NCBI GenBank assembly: GCA_051294375.1 | Contig: CM119264.1 | Location: forward strand, 12,154,263 to 12,218,262 | Direction of reading: 5' to 3' | DNA from: Paraspadella gotoi | Lineage: Eukaryota > Animalia > Chaetognatha | DNA length: 64,000 nucleotides | Shown: positions 1 through 12,700 of the stretch, piece after piece | Layout of the letters: each line of letters starts with the position of its first letter | How positions within the stretch are numbered: position 1 is the first letter of the stretch | Made by a program: the position numbers and the translations under genes | The notes under the pieces: generated by a model | The model's input: only the letters and a program-made list of their open reading frames with translations | What the model was told of the DNA's origin: nothing | Databases searched by the model: none

Positions 1-2216
1 TAACCTTAAGGGAGAAAAATATTTGTAAATTTAAGTCCATTTTAACGAAATATGTTTTTATACTTTTCTCTTTGATGAATACTTAATATTTACAGTTTAT
101 ACCGTAGTAATTTAGCTAAATTTTTGGCCCGTTTGATTATATCTATCGTCCCGTTGAAGTCGTAACTAAAATTTAGCCGAGTAACAAGGTAAACAAACTG
201 AAGTGTTTCAATCTCTCGAATCTTATCGATAGTCGTCGTCGTCGTCCGCTATCACTTCTCTTCACCTCTGCCCCTCTTTGCCCGGTCTCCTCGATGACGC
301 CTTGAACTTGAGCGATCTCCTGTTGGTTCCCGACTAGCTTGTTCTTTTGTTCTTGAATCTCCTGTTGTAATTTCTCCGGCGATGGAACGATGTCCCGATT
401 GAGATTCTCCACTTCCTCCTTCAAAGTTGCCTTTCGCAATTTCAGGTCGTCGTTAGACTTTTGAAGCTCGGATGCTTCCAGCTTTAGATGACGAATCTCT
501 GGTCAGTTTTGAAACATTTTTAGAAAGTTGTAGGGTCGATGACAATGTACTATAGTAAATATGAATTAAACTAAGAGCAAAGTTTCCCTAGTCAATAGTA
601 ATCCATCTCACTTGTGTCAAGTTCGGCCTGGCTTGCTTTGAGATCATCAATGGCTTTTCGCTTGTCCTCGATCTCAGCTTTTTTGGACCGAACCAGATGA
701 ACGTTTTCTTCACGAATCTTTAGCCGATCATTGATCCACGACTTTGTTTCGTCAATTTGTTGTCGAAGTCCTTCTGACTGACTCCGAGCTTTCTTTTCGC
801 GACTACCAAATGTAAATAAAAAGAATATAAAAATCAAGTAATAAATAAAACAGATTCTACATCAATCCAGCATTATAAAAAATTGGCGATCCCGGAGTTG
901 AATACGCTCTGGAGGCTTATGGGAAAACGAAGAAAGATAAAAAAATAAATTTCGTTTCTATACGGAAAAGAAAATTTAAGACTAACAACAATTATAATAA
1001 AAACGTTGATAAGCTTCATGGGCGAAGGAATTTTTTTTTAAAATATTAGTATTTATAGTATTTTTTTTCGTTGCTTTAATAGATATTTATAAAATAACAG
1101 TTTTTATTTATGATTTTAACGATCATTTAATAATTGGGACATGTTTCGGTTTTTGTTCTTCGAACCTTCATCAGCCAGTTTTGATAGTTTTGAAAAATAT
1201 TTGGATTCTAACTTTGAGAGAAAGAGAGAGGCAATTTTAACCTTGATATCCTTTCTCTCTCTCTCCGAATTATTAAAAGATCGTTGTAATCATAAATAAA
1301 AACTTATTGTGTAAATATAATTATTATATTTTTTTATAAATTTATTAATATTAAAATATTTTTTTTAAATTTTCAATTATTATATACTTAAGCTAAACTT
1401 AAGTTTAACCCTAACTTACCCCTAATCTATTTTTAACCCTAACTTATTTTTTTTGTTATCTTACACTTATTCTTAATTTATTCTTATCCATAATTTATTA
1501 TAACCTTAATTTTTACCCAAATATATAACAAAAATAACAAATATTTAAAAATTGTGATATCTGAATTCCTTTTATTTTTTTCCTAGAAATTATCCTTTTC
1601 CGTTACATTTCTTTCGTTCCTCTTCTTTTTCCGTTAATTCTTTATGAAAAACCTTGCTCTTTGTTTTCCATATGCATCCAGAGCGTATTGATCTCCAGGA
1701 ATGCCAAAAAATTACTTGACTATATCGCTGGACATGCTGACTGTGTCCTCGCGATGTCGGCAAAAGTTAATGATGGCGCTGAGAATTTTTTCTAGACGCT
1801 GAGGATTAGGAGTGGTTATGTCGGCAAGCTTGAAGTCAGTGTAGCGACACGTGTATAAAAACCAGGACATAACCTTCGATAGGCGCAAGTACACCATAAA
1901 ATCGTTTTGAAGCTCGGGAAATGGGAGAGCGCTGTTCTCTTCGAACGTTAACATTGTGAGCTGCTCCGCCTTAAAATAAGAAGAAAGTGAGGTTGATAAA
2001 CACCCGGTAAGTTTCGAGTCTCCCACTTAGACTCGGTCTCACCCGAACGTCAAAAACGAAGCAAAGAACGTCGATGTAGATCTGTTGCCACTTGGAAGGT
2101 GTCGGTTTGCGCAGATCCGCAATAGTAATGGCCGAGGAGGGAGGGACAATCTCGTTGAATTCGCTTATGATTTCGTCCTGCTTAAGAATCGGAAAGTCGT
2201 ACTGACTTTGCGCCAT
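1..2216 (-). CDS. NUF2: Kinetochore protein Nuf2 (Ndc80 complex); multi-exon, 3' end runs off the window
   Basis: N-terminus MAQSQYDFPILKQDEII...DLRKPTP and DFKLADITTPNPQRLEKILSAIINFCRHRE match the Nuf2 CH domain. Downstream coiled-coil exons contain IVPSPEKLQ. Introns are GT-AG. Confidence 0.9.
883..1707. mobile_element. Non-autonomous inverted-repeat (MITE/foldback-like) element in a NUF2 intron
   Basis: TGGCGATCCCGGAGTTGAATACGCTCTGGAGGCTTATGGGAAAAC (from ~883) is the near reverse complement of GTTTTCCATATGCATCCAGAGCGTATTGATCTCCAGGAATGCCA (ending ~1707). An inner inverted repeat pairs ~1101-1135 with ~1268-1302. Confidence 0.7.
1132..1180 (-). ncRNA. Minimal type I hammerhead ribozyme (Penelope-like element type)
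   Basis: Minus strand reads AACUGG-CUGAUGA-A-GGUU(loop)AACC-GAAAC-AU-GUC-CCAAUU. The catalytic core boxes are intact, stem II is GGUU/AACC, stem III is the palindrome ACAUGU, the cleavage triplet is GUC and stem I is UGG/CCA. Confidence 0.8.
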
Positions 2217-2451
2217 TTTTATATATATTTATATTTATCTATAAAAGGAAAGAAGCGCAGCAAATGAAAATCAGAGAATCAAATATAAAAATTCAAAATA
2301 GATCGCCATGATTGTTGAGCATCATGTTAACAGAAATGTTTTAAAATAAGAAATAAATATGAATATTGTTCCGATTTTTAAATAAAACCGACATTATAAA
2401 TTTTTTTAGTTAAACATTGAACAAAAAAATAGATTCATTTCGAAGAAACAA

Positions 2452-2965
2452 ATGTCTACGTTGTGGCAGGATCAGACGAAGTTCAGATCAAGAATAGTTT
2501 ATTCTTCAAGAGTAATTACAAAAGTCAATAACAAAAGATGCAAGTCTAAGTGTAGCAGAATAATTTGTGGTTCATTTCAAATGAGATTGAGTTCTTCAAT
2601 CTCATTTACATATGTAGTAGTTTGGACCATTCTCATATCTTTTGATACAGTTTTCATAATAGCCTTATTTTACGGTTTTGGCAATAGTTTTAATAGGTTT
2701 TAATAATGTTTTAGTTTTCCAATTATTATTCAGATATTTCATAGTAGTATTGTTGCTTTATAAATGGAAGTATTTTTCTTGTTCTGGGAGACTGGCTCAT
2801 GTTTGATAGAAGATTGTTATTGTCAAAGGCCTAGCTATTAATCAGCTAGGATTTCAGGGTCGGTTTGAACCACTATGCCCTTTTCTTAGCTTGCCACTTA
2901 TAATATAATAACCATCATGTATCTTGTGTAATATTAATAATGTTAAGGTAGCAATAAAATAAATA
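2452..2965 (+). mobile_element. Possible decayed 3' end of a non-LTR retrotransposon
   Basis: The degenerate peptide KCSRIICGSF resembles post-RT motifs of LINE ORF2, and the segment ends in an AATAAAATAAATAA tail. Weak. Confidence 0.3.
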
Positions 2966-3639
2966 ATGTTATTAACCACTATAGCTTCTCTTTATTAATT
3001 CATAAACATTATCAAGTAGAACAGCAAAAAGAACAATGCGAGCATTCTACCACTAAACATAAGGTCAACAATAAATAATAATATAAGATGCCCCCGTTAG
3101 ATAAGCATAAATACAAAGAGAGAGAGAACCGTTATAAGGTCAACGAGGTCACACGGTTAGTGAGAGATTTGATTTGATTTGAATAGATTCTATTGCACCT
3201 GGAATGTTTTATCATTCCTTAAGGCGACATTAGTTCAACAGTGTGTTACATTAAAATTTTTATGTCTACTACAATTATAGACCGTGAATAAAAGCTTCTT
3301 ACTGAACAGAACTGTACATGTTCAATATCCTAGTTTGACATAATCGATATCCTAGTTTGACTCGAATCCTATTCCCCAACTTTCTTTACTCTACAAAAAT
3401 AAAGACAGATTTAATAACGCAGATTCGGTGCTATATAGTAGCACTGTCGTTTGCTAAAAAGTATTTTAACACAAGTTGCAGTAAACAATGGTACAGTAAA
3501 TAGCGATAAGAGTTCATTTACGGTTATGTAATTATACATAGAGGTAATAATTACGGAAATATCTACAGAGGGATTACGAGCTACACCCTTTAGGTGTATA
3601 ATTTCATGGTCCGCCAATCATACTAGATAAAAGTTTCGT

Positions 3640-4952
3640 ATCAGTATAAATCTTACGAAAACAAAAACTTACGAAACAAAACAAAAATCTTACAAAAACA
3701 GAGCACTCTTCTTACGGAGACAAATAGCACATGACCGGCCCCACTGCTCCCCTATCCCCTTCGACGATGTAGTCATTCTGAGGGAGATCCGTCTCGACGT
3801 CGAAGAATGAGTCAATCGGCCTTGAAACAAGGAGATGCAGAGGACTTCGTCAGTTTAGGTGTGTCAAGTGAGATGTGATGATAACAAAAACTTAAAATGC
3901 CGAGCATAAGCTCTTAGGGCAATACTTACTACAGTTTAAAGTAAAACGTTGCCGGCCGCACGAGCGGTCTTAGGGCGGTTAAAATACTTTACGGAGTACT
4001 ACTCCGGTAAAAGAGAAGCCTGCCGCACTTGGGGTCTTAGGGCACAATACTATACTAGGACTTCGCCTGCCGCACGCGCGGTCTTAGGGCTACTTGATGC
4101 TACTGTTAACGGAATACTATTCCCTATGCTATCAATAAAAGTTTGTGAGAAATACACATCTTATCTTAAGATGTTCACAGACATTAATAAGCAACATTGA
4201 AATAATGAAAATTGTGAGCTAAGGATAAAAATTTCTATATACAGATAATTAGTAATGCTAACGAAAAACAGTTTATCTCAAATACGACGGTTAACTTGAC
4301 GCGTGATAGACGATCAGTTTACGAAGTTGCAGATTTGAAGTGAAGACTTTGACTTGAGAGGGATCTTTCACGGTTGGCACTCTGATGACGTTTGTACTTC
4401 CCCAGAGTTGGTAAACTTCCTTTAATTCGAGTTATTAAGACAGATAAATTTATTTTTATAGTGTACTATCGCTTTGTCTTATTTCAATTGGGGTCCAGGC
4501 CAATTCTCTAAGTACGCTTTTGTATTGGCTATTGTTTGTCACATCTTCGTAAGCGTTTATTTTCTCCTTGACGATATTTACTTTCTTATACATGTTTAAT
4601 AATCTTTGTAGTGTAAAATTTTTTAAGTGCTCCCTTATTGGTTTTTCGCCACTTGCGTTTAATACTATTTTATTGCTTATATATTTGGAATATCAAGAGC
4701 TGTCCGTATTGATTGTGTATGAATTTTTTCTATTTTCCGCCAGTGTACCTCGACATTGGAATATAACATATTGAACCGTATTCAAAGATTGTTCTTATCA
4801 TAACGTTAAACAAATTAAGTATTAATTTTGGATGATTTGGGTTCATTACTTTAATTTTCCTAAGGATACCTACGCGCTGTGATGCTTTCTGAGTTAGGGA
4901 GTTGATATGGTCCTTCCATAGTAGTTTCCTGTCAAATTGAACGCCGAGAAAC
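3640..4952 (-). mobile_element. 5'-truncated non-LTR retrotransposon (LINE, Jockey/I-like ORF2 C-terminus plus 3' UTR), frameshifted
   Basis: TFLGVQFDRKLLWKDHINSLTQKASQRVGILRKI...LFNVMIRTIFEYGSICY is the typical RT-thumb region. It continues after a frameshift as EKIHTQSIRTALDIPKYISN. The 5' junction abuts a (CT)n tract at ~4952-4980. The 3' limit is approximate. Confidence 0.75.
3898..4090 (-). repeat. Four interspaced ~23-26 nt hairpin repeats
   Basis: Minus-strand consensus GCCCTAAGA-CCGC-NNGT-GCGG-CAGGC at 3951-3976, 4018-4043 and 4065-4090, with a variant GCCCTAA-GAGC-TTAT-GCTC-GGCA at 3898-3920. Spacers are 30, 41 and 21 nt. Confidence 0.8.
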
Positions 4953-5054
4953 GTGAGAGAGAGAGAGAGAGTGAGAGAGAGGGAACAATGGAATTGGTTT
5001 CTCGAGATTTCGAATGAGTGAAGGTTGCGTGTGGTTACTGCCACAACGTACTCC

Positions 5055-6813
5055 TTACGATTGCCTTTTAGAATTGGAGGCTTGTTTATAGGAGAGATTC
5101 GGTGACTCAGGCTTCGTAAGATTCCTCTTAGACCCCTCCACTACAAAGGGGCGAGAGGGGAGGAAAGGTTGGGCCTTATGAACCAGTGTCTGCCTAAAAC
5201 GTTTTAGTTCTTCCTTCTCCTGAGCTTCATCGTCCCGGCGTTGCATCTCCACAACTTCGCGGAGCCTTGGTTTACAAAGACAAAAGGAAATTAATAATTT
5301 ACAAACGATAATACGGCTATGAGCTCACAAAATCGACTGTAAAAACCACCTGTGAAAACTTTTCTTTAGAGCTGATTTGCTAACAAGTTTGAGAAACAAA
5401 ACAGCTTTTGCCAGCTATACCGATTTCCACTGACTTATCCATAAAAATCTGCTGTAATTTTTATCAACAATCACCTACTAGTACACAATGTTCCCCTCAA
5501 TACAACCACCTCCTACGGGACCTACTGTACCTCGCCTCGCTTTGTGCCTTGACCGCGGTCGCCTCCTTCCGAGCTGCAGCGCGGTCTTCCGTCAAAAAGT
5601 GAAATTGTTGAAAAACGGTTCGCGGGCGGGTGCAGGGTTTCGGCTTGAACACCGGCGGGTGAGGCATGGGTCGAGCCTGAAACGACTTGGCTTCATTGCG
5701 GCAAGAGTCTGAACGAGCAAACCGGATTGAAAAATTTTTAAAATATGGCTTGGAAAGATATTACTATAAATTTGTAATATAGTATAGTTATATAGTATCT
5801 GATTTGGTTCCCCTTGGAATATGAATAAATACTATAAATACTAATAAATACATCGAGAATACTATGGTATGAATTAAAATATTTTTAAAAACAAAAGCGA
5901 AACAGACCGACCGAGAAGTTTGGTAAGTTTGGTAAGCGATCTTACCTAGTTTGAAGTAGGTGTCACTTTGTACGGTGCGTTTAGCGGGGTCATCATCCAA
6001 GGCAGCTTTAGAAAAAAGGTGAGCAGGGTTGGCGTCGTCCCTAACCCTTTTCCTGCTGCCAAAGGACGGGGAATAGGCTTTAGTGGTTTGGGATTTTTTG
6101 GTCAAGCGAACGCCGTGATGAGACACAGAGTGAAAGACGGGATTCACTTTGCTGCTGGTCAAAAACGGGGTCGCCGACGACACAATGGAGACAGAAGCAG
6201 TGAAAGGGGTGGCTGCGCTGACCGCGGAGATGGGGGCGATAAGGCGGCCACTGGCCACTTCGAGCTTTGCCCGTTTTGGAGAGGACTCGTCAATCAAATC
6301 TTTCTCGGGAGCTGCAGCATTCTTTGAAGCCTCAATCTGCGCTTGAGCCTGACGTTGAGACTTTCTCCTGGCCATCCGGATAAGAGACAGTCGTTTTTGG
6401 TTAAGAGACGCCCGCTTAGAATCGATGCGACCTCTATTAATGTTAAAAGGCGCCTGCGCTTTGGCGACTTCGCTAGCTTGGGTCTCGACACGACTTTTAG
6501 ACAGCGAGGAAATAAGTTGGTGTGAATTCGAGGATGTTTCTTGAGTAAAAGCGAGGTCGATTCTTTCTGGGATTGCCAGCTTAAAAGTTGAGAACTGAGA
6601 AGGATTATTATTATCATTATCTTGGTCATCGCCTAGGTCGTCTTCACTGATGCCATCGTCTTTGTCTTCGTCGACAGAAAACCACGAGTCAGTCTCAACC
6701 TCAAGTGGCGTGACGATATTTTCTGTAAACCAGGAATCACCGTCGTTAGAATCGTCGAAATCCGGTCGACTGAAATCCACAAATTTGGGCGCGTCGAAAT
6801 TGTCAAAGTCCAT
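5055..6813 (-). CDS. TPX2: Targeting protein for Xklp2 (TPX2)-like spindle assembly factor, ~3 exons
   Basis: N-terminal Aurora-A-binding-like motif FDNFDAPKFVDFS...DSWF. C-terminal TPX2 domain EELKRFRQTLVHKAQPF...LTKPESPNL. Internal FRLDPCLTRR and FKPKPAPAREPF repeats. Confidence 0.85.
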
Positions 6814-7045
6814 TATTGCGAGTATAAGGGAAACAAATAATTAAGAGACTAAGAAAACAGGTATAGTAGATTACGTAAATATTTTTGATTTTTTGGAGTA
6901 TGTGAAAAGGGTGGGGATGGGTAAAACAGGAAAGTTCTGACCACAATCACTTTCACAAACATAGCAATGAAATAATTACTACTACTATAAAACGGGTAAG
7001 GTTTCTAAAAAGGTTCAACAATAAGTCAATAAAGAAGAAAATAAG

Positions 7046-8520
7046 TCAATCGGCGGCGTCGTCGATCCCGTGTGGTGTGATTGCAAACTTGGCCTCAGAT
7101 TCGGGCAAGCAAGGAGAATCATAAATTTTGCAAATTCGAGTCTCGCCTTTACCTTTCCGTAAATAAAGTCTGTAAAAAAATAAATTCGAATGTATCGGCT
7201 ATTTGAAACTGCAGCAAAAAACCATTTATCGCTTAGCCCATGATTATTTGATTACCTTGTCGTAGAAGCGTGAGCCATGATGTTGCCCCCGATGGGCTTC
7301 TTCGGGTCCGCGAACATTGAGGCCATCCCATCAACAGTAGCGACAACCTCGGGTCGAAATTGGCTTCGGTTAGAAAAACCACAAATACAAAAATGAAATT
7401 TGGATACAAACTTGGTTGGTGATGACGACGGCGACACCAAATTCGTCCGCAATTCTCATCAAATTTCGCAGATAAACGGCGAGCATCTGTTGTCTTGCGG
7501 ACAGCTCCCCGCGTCCCGAAAAATCTAAGAGAAACCGTACGATACAAAAGGATAAATTTACGGATAATTTATTTCATCGCGAACGCACCAGTTCGGAAGA
7601 GTGCCATCGCAGAGTCGACAATGAGAAGAGAGTAGCGACACTCGGACATCATTGCCGCCGCGTTTTGTAATAGGTTCATTTGATGGTCTGTGTTGTAGGC
7701 TCTGATAGTAGAAGGGTCCATTTATAATCCAGCTATATTTTTAGAAAAAAATTTTCACTCCTCGACCACAGTCAATCACCTAGCGACGGCGATGTTGTCC
7801 AAAACCTCTTGCTTCTCTAAATTGTATCGATCGGCGATGGACATGATTCTCTCGGGTCTAAAAGTGTTCTCGGTGTCTATGTAGATGACTTTGCCTTCGG
7901 CCCCTCCCATGTCCACAGGAAGTTGAGACATAACGCAAAGTTGGTGACAGAGCTGACTTTTTCCTGTTCGAAACTCACCGAATATTTCTGTGATGCTTCC
8001 GGTCTCGATTCCGCCTTAACGAACGCAATTATGCCGGACGAAATTAAACGAAAAAAAAGATTAATAACCGAGAGGCTCAAGTCTCTAACCTCCCAACAGT
8101 TTATCGAGCTCCTTCGATCCAGTGCTGACTTGAATAAGCTCCGCACGCTTTTGATAAAGTTCAGTAGCAGTGGAGAATCCCAGCGACCGAGAATTAAGTT
8201 TGGTGGCTTCTGTGATGATTTTTTCCGCCTTTTGTTCGGAGATTCCTTTGACGGCTATGAGCGCCTTTTTGGGAACGTAAGTGACGGCCTCAACCGTGTG
8301 AAAACCAGCTTCTCTCAGCTTCTTCACGTCCTGCGCGGAGATGCCTAGGTTAAGAGATCAAAATGTTCTACGTTTTGTTAAACTCCATCGTCGGAACGTC
8401 CTCACCGCACTGTTCGAGTCGGGAGATTGGCATATGGTTCTCGACCATGTCGTCGTCGTCCATTGAAATGGCAGACACTTCTTGGACCGACGACGATGTC
8501 GAATCTTGTTGCATCGCCAT
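7046..8520 (-). CDS. RAD51: RecA-family recombinase RAD51, multi-exon
   Basis: [14 protein letters not shown]...[11 protein letters not shown]; Walker [10 protein letters not shown]; [11 protein letters not shown]; [10 protein letters not shown]; [24 protein letters not shown]; C-terminal [13 protein letters not shown]. Confidence 0.95.
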
Positions 8521-8677
8521 CTTTGAAATTTGTAACTTACTGCATTTTTGAAATGGATGATGACAGATTTATGATAGAATAAAAAGTTTTGATTCCCTAA
8601 AAACACCTACATACTGTCATACCGAGTATGTCAATACAAAACTTTTTTCAAGAATGGACATTGGACAAACTCGAAAA

Positions 8678-11117
8678 CTATTCCGAGGGTTCAATTTCAA
8701 TAGACAACTCGAAAGATTCGCACAAGTCAAAATGTTCGTTTTGTTTCTTGCACCAGTCTTCGAAGGCGGTTTCCTCTTCCTCGCTCCTCTCCGGCGGCGG
8801 GATCGGCTCCGTCGGCTCCTTTTTCTTCCGAGGCGCCTTTGCCCTTTTCACGCCCACCTCGACGGGCTTTTTAATGTTCCACTTTTTCCCGACAAATTCC
8901 AAATCATTTTCGGGTCTTTTCTTGGAAAACACTTTGCCCGTGACGGAGCAGACCGAGTCCATGGTAGTACCCAATGCCAAAGAAGCGTCGGTGACATCGG
9001 CTCCAGCCAAAAAGCCCGGCGCGCCTATGGAAGCTTTGCGGATCGGGGAAGGAAGCTCCGGCGCGGAAATCCCGTCGGTGCGAAGCATGGGACGAATCAC
9101 GTGCTTCCCCGGAGTGGGGATAGCCTCAAAACCAAACAAACTCTGGTCGTGAGCGGAACTTTTCGCGGCATCCGTCTCCTCATTGTCGCAGATTTTACGC
9201 AGAGGAGCACGAGGTCGAGGGGGCCGAAAATCCGGCGCCGGGACCGGCTTCATTAGGTAACGGGACATCTTCGTCTGCACGGCCCCTTTGCTTTTTTGAT
9301 TGAGCGGCGTGCTGTGGTCGGATCTCAACGGCGTCTCTTTCAGTATCGGCTTCAGCTTGACCGATTGCTGTTCCATCATCGCGCGCATCTTCGCCATTCG
9401 ATTTTCCGTCTTATTTTCACCCTTTCTCTTTCTCTTCGCGATCAGCTTTCCGTTTTTGACTTTTCCGTCTGGGGTGGAGGTCCCCTTTTTGAGCGCCGTC
9501 TTGATCTCGGATATAGAGCGGCACATCTGGTCGAGGGTTCCGCCAGGAACTTCTTGAGGTGACGACGACGAGGAACCGGAGGAACCCTTAAGTAGCACGT
9601 TCCTCGAATTACTAGACTTCGCGGACTCGTCGACGGAATCGTCGTCAAAGGCATATGGATCACTTTCTGGTTTTTGTGATCGTTGTGATCGACAGATTCT
9701 CGACTTGGAGGAAGTGGCCGAAACCTTTTCGTTTGAGGATAGACGTCCAGAATCGGGGGACGATATCGACGAACGTTCGTCGGCGAAAGAAACCCGTTTT
9801 TTCTTGGCCGACGACGACGATTCGGGAAATTCGGGATTCGAGGCGGAAGAAGATTGCGCCTTCCGCTTTTTACTTTTGATGCCGCTTTTCGGAGAAACGG
9901 AGGCAGTCATTGTTTTCTTCCCTCTAAGCCTGGCTTTCGGAATTTCAGCGCGAATAGCTTCCACCTCCAGCGGCACTTTTACGGTTTTGCCTTTACTAAT
10001 CAGAGTACGTTTTGCTTTAGTTTTGGTTTTAGTTCCTTTGCAATTAAGGGTCATTGGTTCATTGGTCTCAGAAACAAAATGAGAAGGTGATTGGATTGGG
10101 GATTTAGCCGCCAACTTTGATGGCGATTTAGACACCAACTTTGATGGCGATTTAGACGCCAACTTTGATGGCGATTTAGACGCCAATTTTGATGGCGATT
10201 TAGACGCCAACTTTGATGGCGAGTTAACCGCCAACTTTGATGGCGATTTAGCACCAACTTTAATGGCGATTTAGCCACCAACTTTAATGGCGATTTAGCC
10301 ACAACTTTGATGGCAATTTAGCAGCCAACTTTGATGGCAATTTAGCTGGCAACTTTGATGGCAATTTAGCTGGCAACTTTGATGGCGATTTAGCCGCCAA
10401 CTTGATGGCGATTTAGACGCCAACTTTGATGGCGATTTAGACGCCAACTTTGATGGCTGATTTAGACACCAACTTTGATGGCGATTTAGACACCAACTTT
10501 GATGGCGATTTAGACACCAACTTTGATGGCGATTTAGACACCAACTTTGATGGCGATTTAGCCGCCAACCTCGACGCAATTGTCGCCTTCGTAGGCAACT
10601 TTTTAGGTATGTGCTTCATTTTTTCAACTGATTTTTCGGGCTGTTTTTTCACAGACACTGAAAAACATTTCGACGAAGATTTTTTCGATGATGTTGAGGC
10701 AAATTTCAAAGGTCCAGAATTTTTTTTCACCAAATTGTCATTTTTCTCGTTTTTTCTGTTCTCTCTCGATACTAGGTTCTCTTTTTCGGGAGTACGTTTG
10801 TCGTGTTTTCCTCGTAATCGAGTAGACCACAAAGATCTCTCCTTTTCTATTTTCGTCTCCCTTCCGTCGGCCGAAGAAACTATTTGCCCTTCGTTAGGTA
10901 AGTCGTTCGACTTTCGCGCCTCGTCAACAAAGCGCCCATTTTTCAGGGTCGTGGGTTTCGCGGTATCTGGTGAAGACGCATTGTCGTCGTCACGAACGGA
11001 TGGAGAATCCGTTTTCGAATTAGACTCCGAATCTTCATTACGAGAATTTGTCTTAGTTACGATTTCGTCGAGCTCAATTCTTTTTAATCGACCAGGGCGA
11101 TTTCGTAAAGCCACCAT
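8678..11117 (-). CDS. CDCA5: Sororin/Dalmatian-like cohesion protein; reading frame broken by indels inside a coding minisatellite
   Basis: C-terminal sororin domain FEDWCKKQNEHFDLCESFELSIE, FGF motif (SLFGFE), YxF motif (DPYAFDD) and a KEN box (PEKENL) in the 5' ORF 10437-11117. The protein is basic and low-complexity. Confidence 0.75.
10098..10570 (-). repeat. 24-bp coding minisatellite, ~19-20 copies, encoding (SKSPSKL[A/V])n
   Basis: Plus-strand unit GATGGCGATTTAGACACCAACTTT and variants. Single-base indels lie near 10250, 10298, 10401 and 10457. Confidence 0.95.
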
Positions 11118-11346
11118 TATCTCTTTTCTGAAAAGTAATTCAAAACCGGGTACAGTAACTTGAAAACCAACTAAAAAAACAACGAAACGAAAAAACCAGC
11201 ATTAGCCTGGTTAAACGATTTCTCGCGCAATAATATAGAAGGGTGGATAAAAAAGTGCTTGTAGAGATTCGCCGATTGTCTTGACTCGAAGTTGGCGCCG
11301 GAACCGAAACCGACAATCGCGAATTTAGCCCGATTCGACGAATAAA

Positions 11347-12460
<1,114 letters not shown>

Positions 12461-12574
12461 TTTCACTCGATTTGTGAAACGGAATACAAGTAGAAACTAC
12501 AAGGGAGAAAAATACTTTCCGAATGAATTCTGCATAGAAAAACACCCGACTCGATCGAATACTTTTTCCCCTAA

Positions 12575-12700
12575 ATGTTCGCGAATAAACGATACATACT
12601 AATAATTCCTTTATTAACGTAGGAGCCAGACCCGCCAAAAATGTTCAAGTCTCGGCAGAACAACAACTGTATCAGACTTTCCCGCTTTCCTTCCTATTGG
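12575..12700 (-). promoter_or_regulatory. Putative E2F/NF-Y promoter upstream of PCNA
   Basis: TTTTGGCGGG (minus strand, 12631-12640), TTTCCCGC (12678-12685), TTCGCGAA (12578-12585) and a CCAAT box (12696-12700), all within 240 bp of the PCNA ATG. Confidence 0.6.

Noticed and set aside
3898-4090. CRISPR array
   Set aside because: The context is eukaryotic, there are only four degenerate repeats with spacers of 21-41 nt, and no cas genes are present. A retroelement 3' motif explains it better.
4382-4400. Second hammerhead (CTGATGA)
   Set aside because: No stem II followed by GAAA and no matching stems.
8521-11310. TTTGAA/CTTGAA CHR-like hexamers and TTGGCGC in intercistronic gaps as proof of separate promoters
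   Set aside because: Such short motifs are frequent in AT-rich DNA and also occur upstream of FAK. Kept only as the alternative to the operon model.
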